Below are positions 9,269-19,187 of a stretch of DNA of 43,260 nt, in pieces. The notes under the pieces were generated by a model. That model ran no database searches and was not told the DNA's origin. It saw only the letters and a program-made list of their open reading frames with translations. How positions within the stretch are numbered: the first letter of the stretch is position 1; every line of letters begins with the position of its first letter. The stretch comes from a virus (taxonomy: Duplodnaviria > Caudoviricetes). The stretch is taken from positions 1 to 43,260 of IMG/VR virus record IMGVR_UViG_3300017747_001658; one strand, written 5' to 3'. The position numbers were made by a program, and so were the translations under genes.

Positions 9269-11622
9269 TAACGCTTACCATCTGGCTGGATTTCAAGACG
9301 CGGTGTGCCAAGCTGCCACTGCACTCCAAGTGTGTTGCTTTCTATACGGAATATGACCTGCCTGCCCCGTAGCCTCACCCACGATTGAGTAGTGTAGTTG
9401 TACACCTGTGTAGAGACTTTTGTGCCCGCTACCCCCGCGCCTGTAGTTTGCATCGGGTTGGTGATGACCCCTACGCCCGGAAAGTTTCTAGCCTGCAACG
9501 TCATGGTTACAGATGGCGTGGTGTTGTTCGAGCCGATAAAATCTACGTCGGGGATGATGCGCTTTACAAACGAGAACTGATTCCCGCCTTCGCCCAGATC
9601 GAAGTCTGCGCTTTCAATATACGCATTGACTGGACTAGGTGGGTTAGTCGAGCCGTCGTCGGCGCCGTACTCTTGGTAGTAAAGCTGTCCTCGCTCTGTG
9701 ACGAGGTCGTAGGTTGTAGTAACAGGGTATGTTCTAATGTGGGAGTCGTACCAAGAAGTGCGATCCAAAGTACCGTAGTACCACAGCTTTTCTAAGTAGT
9801 TGTACACCACATAGCGGTCGTTGTTGAGGGAATCAGTCGAAGGGTAGCACCACCAGATTTCGTTGTAGCGCTCGTTGGTACCCGCGTAGACCTGATCCAG
9901 CTGGTTGTTGTTGATGTCCTCGAATATGTACTGACGCAGCGAGCAAGGCAGCGTATCCACCTGCCCTGAATACACATAGAATTTGTCCAGCCCCATCCAG
10001 TAGGTCACACCGTTAGCTGTAGCTGCGGCATTCATAGAGGCAATGGTAACCGCGCTGGACATTACGTTGAACCCGAAGATATACGGAGGCCCGAGGTAGC
10101 GCATAGAGTACAGCGCTGAGTCTGTCCAAATCAGGGTTTCCTGCCGCGTTTTTTCAGCGGTAACTATCTTGCTTCCGTACGTTAAGCGCTGGTTACCTGC
10201 GGTGTTGGTGACATCTGCGGGGTTCCATATGGTAGGGTGTTCTTGATCGCACCAGCTGACCATTAGAGGGTCTTGAACGGTATTACCCGGCGTAAACGTA
10301 TCGGGCGAACCGAGGGCAATTATGTATCGTTCGTCAGTCACTATAACTTTTATAGCTATAGTAGGCGCATAGCCGTCAGCACCAGCGAGGTCTCCTATGT
10401 CGATTCCGGGGGCTGTGACAATCCCCGTGGTGCTGCTCATATTTGCAATGGCATCCCAGTAATAAATCGGCCCGTTACGATAACCGTAAACGAGGTTTTG
10501 CCCGAAGTTGTCACCGCTCCAAAGCCGTACATACGCTGCGGCAAGGGCGGAGGTGTAAGGCGTGTTCCACGCTCTACCTATAGCTGTATAGACAATGTCA
10601 TAGACCATGGCCCCCGCCATGTGCCCTTTAGAATTTGTAGTGCTCCGCACGACAGTAAGCGAAGTTGGCGAAGCCAGCGTATAGGCCATCAGTTCCGCGT
10701 CCACCATCAGGTAACCTGACGCTGGAAAAGACGCTGTGCTGGCGACAGTGAGCGTCGTCACACTACTGTTGATCGTAGTGGATAGCGTGGAGTACGCTGT
10801 ACCGTAAGCAAGTGACTGCCAAGGCCCTGCACTCCAGCCCGCTCCTAAGATAGAATACGGTGCCCCTGCATGAATCTGATACTTCGCGACAACCGAACTG
10901 CCGCCGCCCGCAGTAGCTGAAGTGCTCGTTGCATTTATGTCGAGAACTATGTAGTTTAGGTCGGCAGCGCCAATACGGTATTCGTTATTGAGCTGCGCAA
11001 GAGTATAGGTAGAAAAGGCGGTTGCACCGCTAAAAGTCACCCAATCGCCCGTCTCTGCGTTATTTCCAAAGCTGTTCACGACTATCCAAGAACTTGCGAC
11101 TGTCGCGCCCAAAGAGTGTGTTGCTGCCGTTGTGCCGTTATAACCTCTGACACAGTTGTACAAATTGTTGCCGCTGGCGTTAGCTACATAGATTTCTTCA
11201 GCGTCAATTCTTATGACATACGGCGTTATACGGGTGAAGGAGGTGCCGCTTGTGACTGGGATGGTGGTAGCACTGTCAGAAATACCCGCAGACAACGTAG
11301 AGTAGATAGGCAGAAAAGGGTTCGCACCCAGCGTAGAAGTCAGGCGGATAGGCGTTATGTTGTAGTAAACGCCCCCGCTGAATATGTAGTATTTCTGGTT
11401 TGTGCCTACGCCAAGAAGCAAAAAATTGAACAGCGTTACCCATTCAAGTGTATGCCGACATGCCCCATCAAATGGAGGCCCTTGCTGAACCCAACCCCCT
11501 ATTTTCTCAGGGAATCCTGAACGGAAGCGGATTTTGTCGCATGCGTAATATGCCCCCTCGTTGGCATAGCTGGTAGACTCGCGGCTGACTCCGGGTCTAA
11601 ATTGAAGCATTTGCAAGGGCAT
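9268..11622 (-). CDS. Tail tubular/nozzle (stabilisation) protein
   Basis: 784 aa, beta-rich (propeller-like: VSWCDQE, YWMG, EIWWCYP, YVVYNY); size and position typical of podovirus nozzle proteins. Confidence 0.65.
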   Translation of the reverse strand: MPLQMLQFRPGVSRESTSYANEGAYYACDKIRFRSGFPEKIGGWVQQGPPFDGACRHTLEWVTLFNFLLLGVGTNQKYYIFSGGVYYNITPIRLTSTLGANPFLPIYSTLSAGISDSATTIPVTSGTSFTRITPYVIRIDAEEIYVANASGNNLYNCVRGYNGTTAATHSLGATVASSWIVVNSFGNNAETGDWVTFSGATAFSTYTLAQLNNEYRIGAADLNYIVLDINATSTSATAGGGSSVVAKYQIHAGAPYSILGAGWSAGPWQSLAYGTAYSTLSTTINSSVTTLTVASTASFPASGYLMVDAELMAYTLASPTSLTVVRSTTNSKGHMAGAMVYDIVYTAIGRAWNTPYTSALAAAYVRLWSGDNFGQNLVYGYRNGPIYYWDAIANMSSTTGIVTAPGIDIGDLAGADGYAPTIAIKVIVTDERYIIALGSPDTFTPGNTVQDPLMVSWCDQEHPTIWNPADVTNTAGNQRLTYGSKIVTAEKTRQETLIWTDSALYSMRYLGPPYIFGFNVMSSAVTIASMNAAATANGVTYWMGLDKFYVYSGQVDTLPCSLRQYIFEDINNNQLDQVYAGTNERYNEIWWCYPSTDSLNNDRYVVYNYLEKLWYYGTLDRTSWYDSHIRTYPVTTTYDLVTERGQLYYQEYGADDGSTNPPSPVNAYIESADFDLGEGGNQFSFVKRIIPDVDFIGSNNTTPSVTMTLQARNFPGVGVITNPMQTTGAGVAGTKVSTQVYNYTTQSWVRLRGRQVIFRIESNTLGVQWQLGTPRLEIQPDGKR

Positions 11623-11634
11623 TGCTATGACCTC

Positions 11635-12108
11635 TTAGTTAAGACCGACGTCTACAGTAGCCCCTGCGCGGGTTAGAACTTGAAGGGCTGTTGACCCCGC
11701 GTAGTAAAAGTCCCCGCCCATAGTGAAGACAACGCGCGTAGTACCGTTGGGTACGCTAACACTTTGTGACACACCCCCAGAGGATATGTTTACGGGATAG
11801 CCTCCGTCACTTTCGTTTATAATGACGTACATTTTAGGGACGGCGGGCGCAATGATATTGGCGGGCATGGTGAGTACGACTATCGTCGGTATGAATAACG
11901 TCATGCAACGCGCTTCATCATTTGAGCCGTCAAAAGCAAGCAACGTGTAATCTATCCCATCCTGTATAGCGCTTAGCACTGCGTAGCCAGTGATAGCATT
12001 CTCGATCAGCGTGCCAAGGTTGTAGTTGGTAGTGTTACCCCAGACGTTCTGCTGTTCACCGGAACCAATAAGCTCTAAGCGTAAATTGGGAGAATAGGTA
12101 CTAGGCAT
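11635..12108 (-). CDS. Tail-associated protein (fibre-anchor-like N-terminus)
   Basis: 157 aa; MPSTYSPNLRLELIGSGEQQNVWGNTTN resembles phage tail-fibre N-termini. Confidence 0.55.
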   Translation of the reverse strand: MPSTYSPNLRLELIGSGEQQNVWGNTTNYNLGTLIENAITGYAVLSAIQDGIDYTLLAFDGSNDEARCMTLFIPTIVVLTMPANIIAPAVPKMYVIINESDGGYPVNISSGGVSQSVSVPNGTTRVVFTMGGDFYYAGSTALQVLTRAGATVDVGLN

Positions 12109-12109
12109 C

Positions 12110-12295
12110 TTATTTCTTCTCTTTGGTAACGAACGCTACAACACTAGCGGTGGCTGCTGCCAGCTCTACGATACTCTGAGTAAGCTCAGAGTTGAAATGG
12201 ATATTCACTGAGGCTAGAAACCCTATGATGGCGTACCACGAGGTCTTTTCTTGCAGTCGGTCAAGAAGCCATTGCGTGAAGGAGTTCAGTTTCAT
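12110..12295 (-). CDS. Putative holin
   Basis: 61 aa from MKLNSF (ATGA overlap with endolysin stop); two hydrophobic segments and a basic C-terminus (KEKK). Confidence 0.65.
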   Translation of the reverse strand: MKLNSFTQWLLDRLQEKTSWYAIIGFLASVNIHFNSELTQSIVELAAATASVVAFVTKEKK

Positions 12296-12663
12296 CTCGG
12301 TATCTGCCAATGCGGGCCATCGGGGAATTTCTTCCAATCCCCTCCCCAAGTAATATCTACATCCAATTCTTTAGCCGCCTGCTTCATCGCAGGGGCTAGC
12401 TCTCTGTAATACTTCCAATCCCAACTTGCCTGCCCATCTACGAGTGGCGCTATGTCTACTGCATGGCCCGTAATATGGTAGGAGTTCATGGTTTTGGATG
12501 CGCCTTTGGCTACCAGATATTGCTGGCGGGCTTTCGTCCGTAAGCCTTCAATCACTACGAAATCAATAGGGGTGATCTCAATAGCGCGTTTGACGACTTT
12601 CACCAAGTCAGGGTGCACCCCTTCAAGGCGTTTCAAGGATTTAGAACTTAAGCCAAAGGCCAT
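12292..12663 (-). CDS. Endolysin, peptidase M15 family (L-Ala-D-Glu peptidase-like)
   Basis: Motifs EGLRT..RQ, SYHITGHAVD, WGGDW, DGPHWQ. Confidence 0.9.
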   Translation of the reverse strand: MAFGLSSKSLKRLEGVHPDLVKVVKRAIEITPIDFVVIEGLRTKARQQYLVAKGASKTMNSYHITGHAVDIAPLVDGQASWDWKYYRELAPAMKQAAKELDVDITWGGDWKKFPDGPHWQIPR

Positions 12664-12674
12664 CTCGTTACTCC

Positions 12675-12830
12675 TTACGCTTCGCTTTCGTCAGACTTTA
12701 CCTGCTCTTCAGCCTGCTCCTTGATCTTTATGACCAGAGGGAATGCTCCTGACTTGGTAGGCAGATCGCCCAGCACAGCCAGAATAGCGTTGACTTCATC
12801 GACGGTAAGGAACAGAGAGATTTCTTTCAT
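12675..12830 (-). CDS. Small hypothetical protein (51 aa), possible tail-fibre chaperone
   Basis: Hand-translated MKEISLFLTVDEVNAILAVLGDLPTKSGAFPLVIKIKEQAEEQVKSDESEA; TAATG-coupled; fills the gap between flanking genes. Confidence 0.65.
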   Translation of the reverse strand: MKEISLFLTVDEVNAILAVLGDLPTKSGAFPLVIKIKEQAEEQVKSDESEA

Positions 12831-13177
12831 TATGCGACCTTTTCAGATTCGTTGGTTGGCATCCATGGTAGGACGATTGATTGCGGTTGCGGGGTGCGCT
12901 GTCTTTCAATTTGCTCGATAACGCGATCCTCGAACTCCTTTACTCTATCACCCAGAGCCTTCTTTGTCCATGCAACCGCCTGCTCCTTCGTCACCTGCTC
13001 AATAGGCGTGAACGTGGCGGGATCGGTACTACCAAAAGATACATCACTCTGCGTAAACCCCTGTAGGTCTCCATCTGACCCTTTGACATCGAAGCATGCT
13101 TGAATAGCGACATTGTTAAGGCCGTCTTTGTTTACGACTTCCAGACGGGTGATGATCCATTCGATTGCTATTGCCAT
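12830..13177 (-). CDS. Tail-fibre-associated protein
   Basis: 115 aa directly after the tail fibre; FTPIEQVTKEQAVAW...LPW pattern. Confidence 0.65.
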   Translation of the reverse strand: MAIAIEWIITRLEVVNKDGLNNVAIQACFDVKGSDGDLQGFTQSDVSFGSTDPATFTPIEQVTKEQAVAWTKKALGDRVKEFEDRVIEQIERQRTPQPQSIVLPWMPTNESEKVA

Positions 13178-13195
13178 TTGTGTTTCCTAAGTTGA

Positions 13196-16100
13196 TTAAG
13201 CCAACAGAACTTTCTTCCAAGCCCCATTATAAACGTAAAAGTTATTGTTAGTGGTGTCATAATACATTGGCACTCGGCCTGCAATAGCAGTGGGTACACC
13301 AGACGGAGCGCCAGCAGCGGAAGGTATATAGAAGAATCCATCCGTCATAGCGGTTGTGCCAGAGGTGCCGTGGATATTTCCGGTTGACGTAACCCGCATC
13401 CTTTCGGTTCCGCCCGTAGTGAGGGTCAAATCTGCGCTAATTGCACCTATTCTAGTGTTGTTAGAGGTAGTGACTGAGTTTCTTAGAATAAAAAAGCACT
13501 CAGTGCCCCCTGTGTTTGCTATAATAGCGGTACTTGAAGTGGCTACTGTTTGTACATGGAAAGGGGCGGCGGGGGCAGTGCCTATTCCCACATAACCATT
13601 TGCTGCAATCTGCATCCTTTCAGTGGGCGCACCTGCATTGGAAGTACCAAAAGAAAGATATGCGCTGCCGCCGCCGCCTGACTGGATATAAGCGTATCTA
13701 TTATCTGAAAAATCAAAAGTGCTAGTTATAAAGGCTAGTTCTGACAATGGCGTGCCTGAACCATTCCTATTTTGAATAATGGTTCTAGTGGTGCCGTCTT
13801 GATCCTGTCGAACATGCAGTCTTGACGCGGGCGAGGTTTGCCCAATACCCACATTGCCCGCGTTGCTTATCCGCATTCTTTCAGTCGGGCTTGAAGCGCC
13901 GTCAGCCGTTGTTTGAAAAACAATGCGCCCCGGCATATCGTTGGTGCCGGGAGTACCATCAACATGAAAGTTAATTTGCGCAAGCTGAATGAAGTTAGTA
14001 CCGTCAAATCCACGTACGTCAAAGCGCCCCGCCTCATCACCAGAAGATACGACTGTTTTGGACGATATTGTCCCATTCGACCGATAGGCGGCAAAAATAG
14101 GGATGCCCGCCGCAGCGTTATTCCTTACCCAGTTTGTTGCACTGGCAAATGTCTCCAAGGCAACACTAGCATCACCGCCTATACCGACATTACCCGCAAA
14201 GTAGTTACTAGCATTGCCTGCCGCGTAGAAGTTGTAGCGGCCTGAGCCGGAGGGTATGTTGGAGTGGAAGCCGAAGTTGTTGGTGGCTCCTGTTAAGCTG
14301 CTATCAGCGGCAAATCCGTATTGATTTGTAATCGTTGATCCGGCCCCAAAAGAAGCTTGTTGCGCTCTAAAACCATAGTAGTTACCTAGAGTAAAGACCG
14401 CCGCCGCTGTTTTGGCTTGCGATAAAAATGACTGGCATGAGTTGGTTACATCAGATTGTGCGGTGCCGTCAACAGCTATGCCAATACCTGCGGTTGAGCC
14501 TGTGATGCTTTTTGAAACAACTACGGAAGCCCCGGCATAAGGCAAACCCCCAATCCCAACAGCGCCAGCAAAATAGTTGTCAGCCGTACCCGCCGCGTAG
14601 AAATTCCATCGCCCTGTGCCGGAGGCTATGTTTGAGTAGAAGCCGTAGTTGTTGGTAGCTCCTGTTAAGGTGCTGTCGGCAACAAATCCATACTGATTGG
14701 TTACGGAAGAGCTAGCGCCTATCGAGCCTTGCGTTGCTAAATACCCCCTTGCGTTGCTTAGGGAAAAAGCTGCTGCCGCTGTATTGATGTTAGCCAAATA
14801 GTAATTTGCTGCGCTAGTCACATCAGATTGAACAACCGCCGACACAAGTGCACCATAAGAGGTGGTCGCGCCAGTGATATTTTTGTAATTACCAAAGTTC
14901 TGACCCGCTGCGGGTGCTCCCCCGATTCCAATCCTACCTTGATTATCAATCCGCATTCTTTCAGTCGGGCTAGACGCCCCATCAGCCGTGGTGCTGAACA
15001 CCAACCTTCCGGGCATGTCGCTTGGGCCGGGAGTGCCGTCAACGTCTACTCTTATTTCTGCTGCATAAGATTGCAGAGTAGTTCCATCAGCGCCCGCCCA
15101 TCTAATTGCGCCAAGTGAGTCACCATTGCTCACGATTGCAAACGAAGTTGTGTCGTTGCCTCTTGATTTACCAAAAGCAAATACTGATCCACTCCCATCC
15201 GCACTAAATCTTGAAAATGCCGCTCCAGCCGAGCCTCCCGTAGGATCGCCAACAATAGCAGATTGTAATTGCCGAGCAAATGGGCTGCCAACAGGAATAG
15301 AATTAGTTAATCCAATGCGAATTTCGCCATTCGTACCAACGATAAACGGTGTGCTATCAGGATTCGCGCTATCCTCAACTACCAACGCATTGCCTGCGCC
15401 CGTTTGTGTGATGCGTAGGGCATCTGAGGCTGAAGCGGCTACGACGTTTAGTCGCGCCCCCGGAGAAATAGTCCCGATTCCCACATTGCCAGAAGTGTCG
15501 ATGCGTACTTGTTCAGCACCGCCCGTGTAGAACGTAATAGGCAGGTACGTTCCTGCGCCGTAGTAGTCAGCAGATAGGCGAACGTCGTTACCAGAACCCG
15601 ACACACGCAGGTCGAAGTAGGAGGCGTTGGTAAGAGTAGAGCTATTGGTACCGTAGATGATAGACGTAGTGCCCGTTCCACGCGGCATGATACCCACAGC
15701 CGTAGTACTGTTAGCGGTCGAAGTCTGGAACAACACACGGTTAGCGGCAGTGCCGTTACTGAAGTCGCCCGTTATCCGCGTACCAGACTGGCTGAACTGG
15801 AAATCTGCCGGCGCACCAGAGTTAGCCGTTATGCGTACTTGCTCTAAGCCGCCTGTGTAGAAGGTGATAGGCAGGTACGTTCCCGCACCGTAGTAGTCGG
15901 AAGTCAGACGAACATCGTTACCGGAACCCGACACGCGCAGGTCGAAGTATGAAGCATTGGTCAGCGTCGAGCTGTTGACGCCATAGATACCTGAAGTGCT
16001 GCCAGTGCCGTTAGGCATAATACCAACAAGCGTAGTGCTGTTAGCCGTTGAGGTCTGGAACAGCAGGCGATTGGTTGCGATAGGGTCGCTGAAATTAGCC

Positions 16101-16231
16101 TTTACCCTAGCACCGGTACCCGTGAACGTCAGGTCTCCTGAGATAGACGCTGAGGTGATGTCGATAGAATCAGCGGGTTGAAGCTCTTCAATAGTAGCGC
16201 CATTCAGCACTAAGGGGTAACGAATTGCCAT
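13196..16231 (-). CDS. Tail fibre protein
   Basis: 1011 aa, Gly/Ser/Thr-rich; repeated ERMRI..GNVGIG and VDGTPG..DMPGR.VF.TTADGASSPT modules. Confidence 0.85.
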   Translation of the reverse strand: MAIRYPLVLNGATIEELQPADSIDITSASISGDLTFTGTGARVKANFSDPIATNRLLFQTSTANSTTLVGIMPNGTGSTSGIYGVNSSTLTNASYFDLRVSGSGNDVRLTSDYYGAGTYLPITFYTGGLEQVRITANSGAPADFQFSQSGTRITGDFSNGTAANRVLFQTSTANSTTAVGIMPRGTGTTSIIYGTNSSTLTNASYFDLRVSGSGNDVRLSADYYGAGTYLPITFYTGGAEQVRIDTSGNVGIGTISPGARLNVVAASASDALRITQTGAGNALVVEDSANPDSTPFIVGTNGEIRIGLTNSIPVGSPFARQLQSAIVGDPTGGSAGAAFSRFSADGSGSVFAFGKSRGNDTTSFAIVSNGDSLGAIRWAGADGTTLQSYAAEIRVDVDGTPGPSDMPGRLVFSTTADGASSPTERMRIDNQGRIGIGGAPAAGQNFGNYKNITGATTSYGALVSAVVQSDVTSAANYYLANINTAAAAFSLSNARGYLATQGSIGASSSVTNQYGFVADSTLTGATNNYGFYSNIASGTGRWNFYAAGTADNYFAGAVGIGGLPYAGASVVVSKSITGSTAGIGIAVDGTAQSDVTNSCQSFLSQAKTAAAVFTLGNYYGFRAQQASFGAGSTITNQYGFAADSSLTGATNNFGFHSNIPSGSGRYNFYAAGNASNYFAGNVGIGGDASVALETFASATNWVRNNAAAGIPIFAAYRSNGTISSKTVVSSGDEAGRFDVRGFDGTNFIQLAQINFHVDGTPGTNDMPGRIVFQTTADGASSPTERMRISNAGNVGIGQTSPASRLHVRQDQDGTTRTIIQNRNGSGTPLSELAFITSTFDFSDNRYAYIQSGGGGSAYLSFGTSNAGAPTERMQIAANGYVGIGTAPAAPFHVQTVATSSTAIIANTGGTECFFILRNSVTTSNNTRIGAISADLTLTTGGTERMRVTSTGNIHGTSGTTAMTDGFFYIPSAAGAPSGVPTAIAGRVPMYYDTTNNNFYVYNGAWKKVLLA

Positions 16232-16243
16232 GTATATTCCTTG

Positions 16244-16678
16244 TTAGGTCACTGTAATTACTGCGGTCGTGCTTGTAGCGGGAGGGAACTGCACTGTGAA
16301 TGTATTGCTGGTCGCTATGTACGTACCGCCAAAATTAAGCACTGCCACCGCAGGTTTGCCTACAGCTGAGTCGTTATAGATCAACGCTCCTGCCGCAGAG
16401 AATGACGCCGCTAGCCACACAGAATCATTGAAGTCTATGAAGGTGGTTGTTCCTGCTTGCCCGATGCTTTGGCCTGTTAAGACGTTTCCGCCCGTGGTGT
16501 ATCCGCTACCGTTAGGGACTTCACCTGTGGTGCCTGTGTAGCTTACCGTTGCAGAATCCAGATTGGCGTTGGCTGTGTACAAGGCAATCTTGAACGTATC
16601 CCCGCCAACAGCAAAGTCATGCACGCCTTGGAACAGCTCGGATTTGAATGTCGAAACAATACTTTGGGTAATAGCCAT
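16244..16678 (-). CDS. Virion structural protein
   Basis: 144 aa; FKIALYT...GYTTGG...ALIYN...AVLNFGG; translationally coupled in the structural operon. Confidence 0.65.
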   Translation of the reverse strand: MAITQSIVSTFKSELFQGVHDFAVGGDTFKIALYTANANLDSATVSYTGTTGEVPNGSGYTTGGNVLTGQSIGQAGTTTFIDFNDSVWLAASFSAAGALIYNDSAVGKPAVAVLNFGGTYIATSNTFTVQFPPATSTTAVITVT

Positions 16679-17319
16679 TATGTCACCACATCCCTGACTT
16701 GCCCTTTACGGTATGTATCGCCTCTATTCTTACCATCACCCAACTGTTTCAGTTCTGCCATAGCTTCTTGGAATTTGGCTTGATAGGTTTGAATCAGTTC
16801 AGGCTCACCTTTGAGGTAAATGTATGCTTCGACTAGCGTGCCCCAGAGCAGCACATTGGAGAAGTTAACTCCCAGCCAGCTCGTCCCTGCGGTTACGATA
16901 CTCGGTGGGTAAGCGTAGTAATTTACGTTCAGCGAGTAGACGGCATTAGGCGTCGGCCCCAGCGCTATTTGAGTTGCATCGTTCAGCGCGTAGGTTGTGG
17001 GGAGACCAGTAGTGGCGGGGAACGGATAGGCTTCTCTGATGTAGTTTACATCTTTGTTTAGCAGGTACACGTACCCCTCTGTAGGGCTGATGACGGCTAC
17101 CGAGAACATAGACAAAAAGCCAGAAGGCAGCGCTACATACTGATTGCTTGCTACGGTCGATAGAGTGGCAGTCTGCCTAAACGCAGGGAGCTGGACGCTG
17201 TTGTTTACTATCACCTCAGTGTTTTGAACAAACACAGGGATGTTGGAAATGAACGTAGGTTCGTCAACTTCAGTAAACTGTTGAACGGCAGTGACCAACT
17301 GTGCGTATGTAAGACTCAT
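16678..17319 (-). CDS. Head-tail adaptor / tail tubular protein
   Basis: 213 aa; GLPTTYA...LGPTPNAVY...LLWGTLVEAY pattern typical of adaptor-type proteins. Confidence 0.65.
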   Translation of the reverse strand: MSLTYAQLVTAVQQFTEVDEPTFISNIPVFVQNTEVIVNNSVQLPAFRQTATLSTVASNQYVALPSGFLSMFSVAVISPTEGYVYLLNKDVNYIREAYPFPATTGLPTTYALNDATQIALGPTPNAVYSLNVNYYAYPPSIVTAGTSWLGVNFSNVLLWGTLVEAYIYLKGEPELIQTYQAKFQEAMAELKQLGDGKNRGDTYRKGQVRDVVT

Positions 17320-17322
17320 GTT

Positions 17323-17508
17323 TTAGCCTAGTTTAGAACTGCATTTGGTGCCCTTGATAGCCGCGCCAGTGCCGCGAACTTTTACAGTCTTGGTCTCCGT
17401 GATTTCAACGGGGTAGCCGTTGCCTTTGGGAGTGGGCACTGATTTGACGCCAGCGTACTCAGCGCTGCCCTCTTTATGATCGCAGCATGCAGGTTTGAAT
17501 TTACGCAT
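17323..17508 (-). CDS. Small basic hypothetical protein
   Basis: 61 aa, TAATG-coupled; ends VRGTGAAIKG. Confidence 0.6.
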   Translation of the reverse strand: MRKFKPACCDHKEGSAEYAGVKSVPTPKGNGYPVEITETKTVKVRGTGAAIKGTKCSSKLG

Positions 17509-17726
17509 TATCTTGACCTCTGATTAGCGACACGGGCTAGGTTACGCCCCATCTTCTTAGCTGCCATAGGGGTTACACCACCTTTCTTTAAGCCTTTCAT
17601 AGACTTCTGCTTGTCGTGCTTCTTGTCCATCGGGGATTTCTCCCAGTCACTGAAAGACATCTTGTGCTTCTTCGCAAGCTTCTTGTCTTGCGAAACGTCT
17701 TTAGCAGAACCTTCCCATTTAGCCAT
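17508..17726 (-). CDS. Small basic hypothetical protein
   Basis: 72 aa, Lys-rich, GAGG RBS, LKKGG motif. Confidence 0.65.
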   Translation of the reverse strand: MAKWEGSAKDVSQDKKLAKKHKMSFSDWEKSPMDKKHDKQKSMKGLKKGGVTPMAAKKMGRNLARVANQRSR

Positions 17727-17737
17727 CTTAATTACCT

Positions 17738-18064
17738 CTAAGTAATTTTAACAAATACATCATTAAGTGTCGTCGTTATCTGTTGCGAAGCAACAGGAGT
17801 AAAAGCAAAAAACCCACGGGAAGCGTCTAAGTTTGTGTCGGGTCTCGGGTTGCGTAGCGCTTGAGGATCGTTAGATACCTTCTGCGCACCGATTATGCCC
17901 ACCCAGTTCTGAGGATGGTCGATCTCCCAACACTCAGGGCACACACGCATGTTGATGCGCTTGCCCATGATCATGTAGGTCTTAAGCCGCTTTAGGTCGT
18001 ACCTGAACCCACACCTATCGCAGAAGCCAAACGCTTTCTTCTCAGAAGCAAAACGAGTCGCCAT
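17738..18064 (-). CDS. Zn-ribbon protein
   Basis: 108 aa; CDRCG...CPEC; DPQALRNPRPD. Confidence 0.7.
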   Translation of the reverse strand: MATRFASEKKAFGFCDRCGFRYDLKRLKTYMIMGKRINMRVCPECWEIDHPQNWVGIIGAQKVSNDPQALRNPRPDTNLDASRGFFAFTPVASQQITTTLNDVFVKIT

Positions 18065-18768
18065 TACCAGCCACCACCTAAGTACCCCATGTGTGGAATG
18101 AATCGAACAGGTGAGCGATCACGATCTTCATCTGCCGCCTCTTGAAACGCCTCATCGTACAGCGTCTTTAACAGCTGAACGCGATCCATAGCCTCTGGGT
18201 TTTTCAAAGCCAGATAATACGCTAGCCCTGCAACAATAGCGGGTATAAACCTGAAAGGCATATCAACGGTGTTCGACCCCGGTTGCCCTGCATCTTGAAT
18301 ACGCCGCAGCCTCCAATACCTGAAGATGTACGTGTTCGCCATATTTGGAGTAGGCCATATATGGATTTTAGGCGTAGGCGCTTGGCGGTCTACATACACT
18401 TGAACAGGGCGCCCCACTGCCGACTTGTTAGGTATAGCCGCGTAGGTTGGAAGTGCAATACGGGGGATGACAAGGTCTACTTGAGTTGCTGGGTTACCCT
18501 GATTCTGGCGAATCACATGCTCAATGATGTCAACAGTGTCGTTAGGAAGGTCATAGTCTCCTTCACCGTAATCCAACGCAATCTCGTCAGCTTCAATAGT
18601 CCAGAGGTTGAGGCCCTTGTTAGCCCATTCCTGAAACAACAGATTGAGGCTGCGCCTTGCTGTCTTAAATTGATAGCCAGTGCGGATTTCTATGCCTGCG
18701 CGCTCGTACGATTCTTCGATGATCTCAGCAATATCTGGAGTCCACGAAGATGTTCCTGATGTAGCCAT
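18064..18768 (-). CDS. Head-tail adaptor / tail tubular protein
   Basis: 234 aa; ARRSLNLLFQEWANKGLNLWT, WPTP, PFRFIPAIVAGLAYYLA. Confidence 0.65.
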   Translation of the reverse strand: MATSGTSSWTPDIAEIIEESYERAGIEIRTGYQFKTARRSLNLLFQEWANKGLNLWTIEADEIALDYGEGDYDLPNDTVDIIEHVIRQNQGNPATQVDLVIPRIALPTYAAIPNKSAVGRPVQVYVDRQAPTPKIHIWPTPNMANTYIFRYWRLRRIQDAGQPGSNTVDMPFRFIPAIVAGLAYYLALKNPEAMDRVQLLKTLYDEAFQEAADEDRDRSPVRFIPHMGYLGGGW

Positions 18769-19029
18769 TTAACAGTTCCACGCTCTCAAAGATTTATTGA
18801 TGCGGCTGTTCGGGTCTTTAGCAGTTTTTGCGGAAGTGTTGACCTTCTTCATGCCTTCCATGCGAGCACAGAATGATTTACGCCGTGCGGCATCTTTTGA
18901 CGTCTTAGGTTTAGGCGCAGGAGGCTTCAGGTTCATACCCTGAGCTTTAGCGCTAGCGCGGCCCTTTGCATTGAGCCCGCCCTTCGGATTCTTACCTTCT
19001 GATCTAGTCCATGCCGGTGACTTAGCCAT
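18769..19029 (-). CDS. Small basic phage protein
   Basis: 86 aa; GKNPKGGLNAKGR, RRKSFCARM, SLRAWNC. Confidence 0.7.
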   Translation of the reverse strand: MAKSPAWTRSEGKNPKGGLNAKGRASAKAQGMNLKPPAPKPKTSKDAARRKSFCARMEGMKKVNTSAKTAKDPNSRINKSLRAWNC

Positions 19030-19187
19030 TATTTCTTCCTCGCAGCTCTCATGTTATCAACGAGATTCGGATACGGACGCCCTGCTTTCTTAGCCATAGC
19101 CTTAGCCGAGGTCTTCTTAGCCGAGCTTAGCTTCTTTGGTTTATCCAACCCTTTCGGTCTTGGTTTGTCCCAAATTGCTTTAGCCAT
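19029..19187 (-). CDS. Small basic protein (52 aa)
   Basis: Hand-translated MAKAIWDKPRPKGLDKPKKLSSAKKTSAKAMAKKAGRPYPNLVDNMRAARKK; TAATG overlaps at both ends. Confidence 0.7.
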   Translation of the reverse strand: MAKAIWDKPRPKGLDKPKKLSSAKKTSAKAMAKKAGRPYPNLVDNMRAARKK

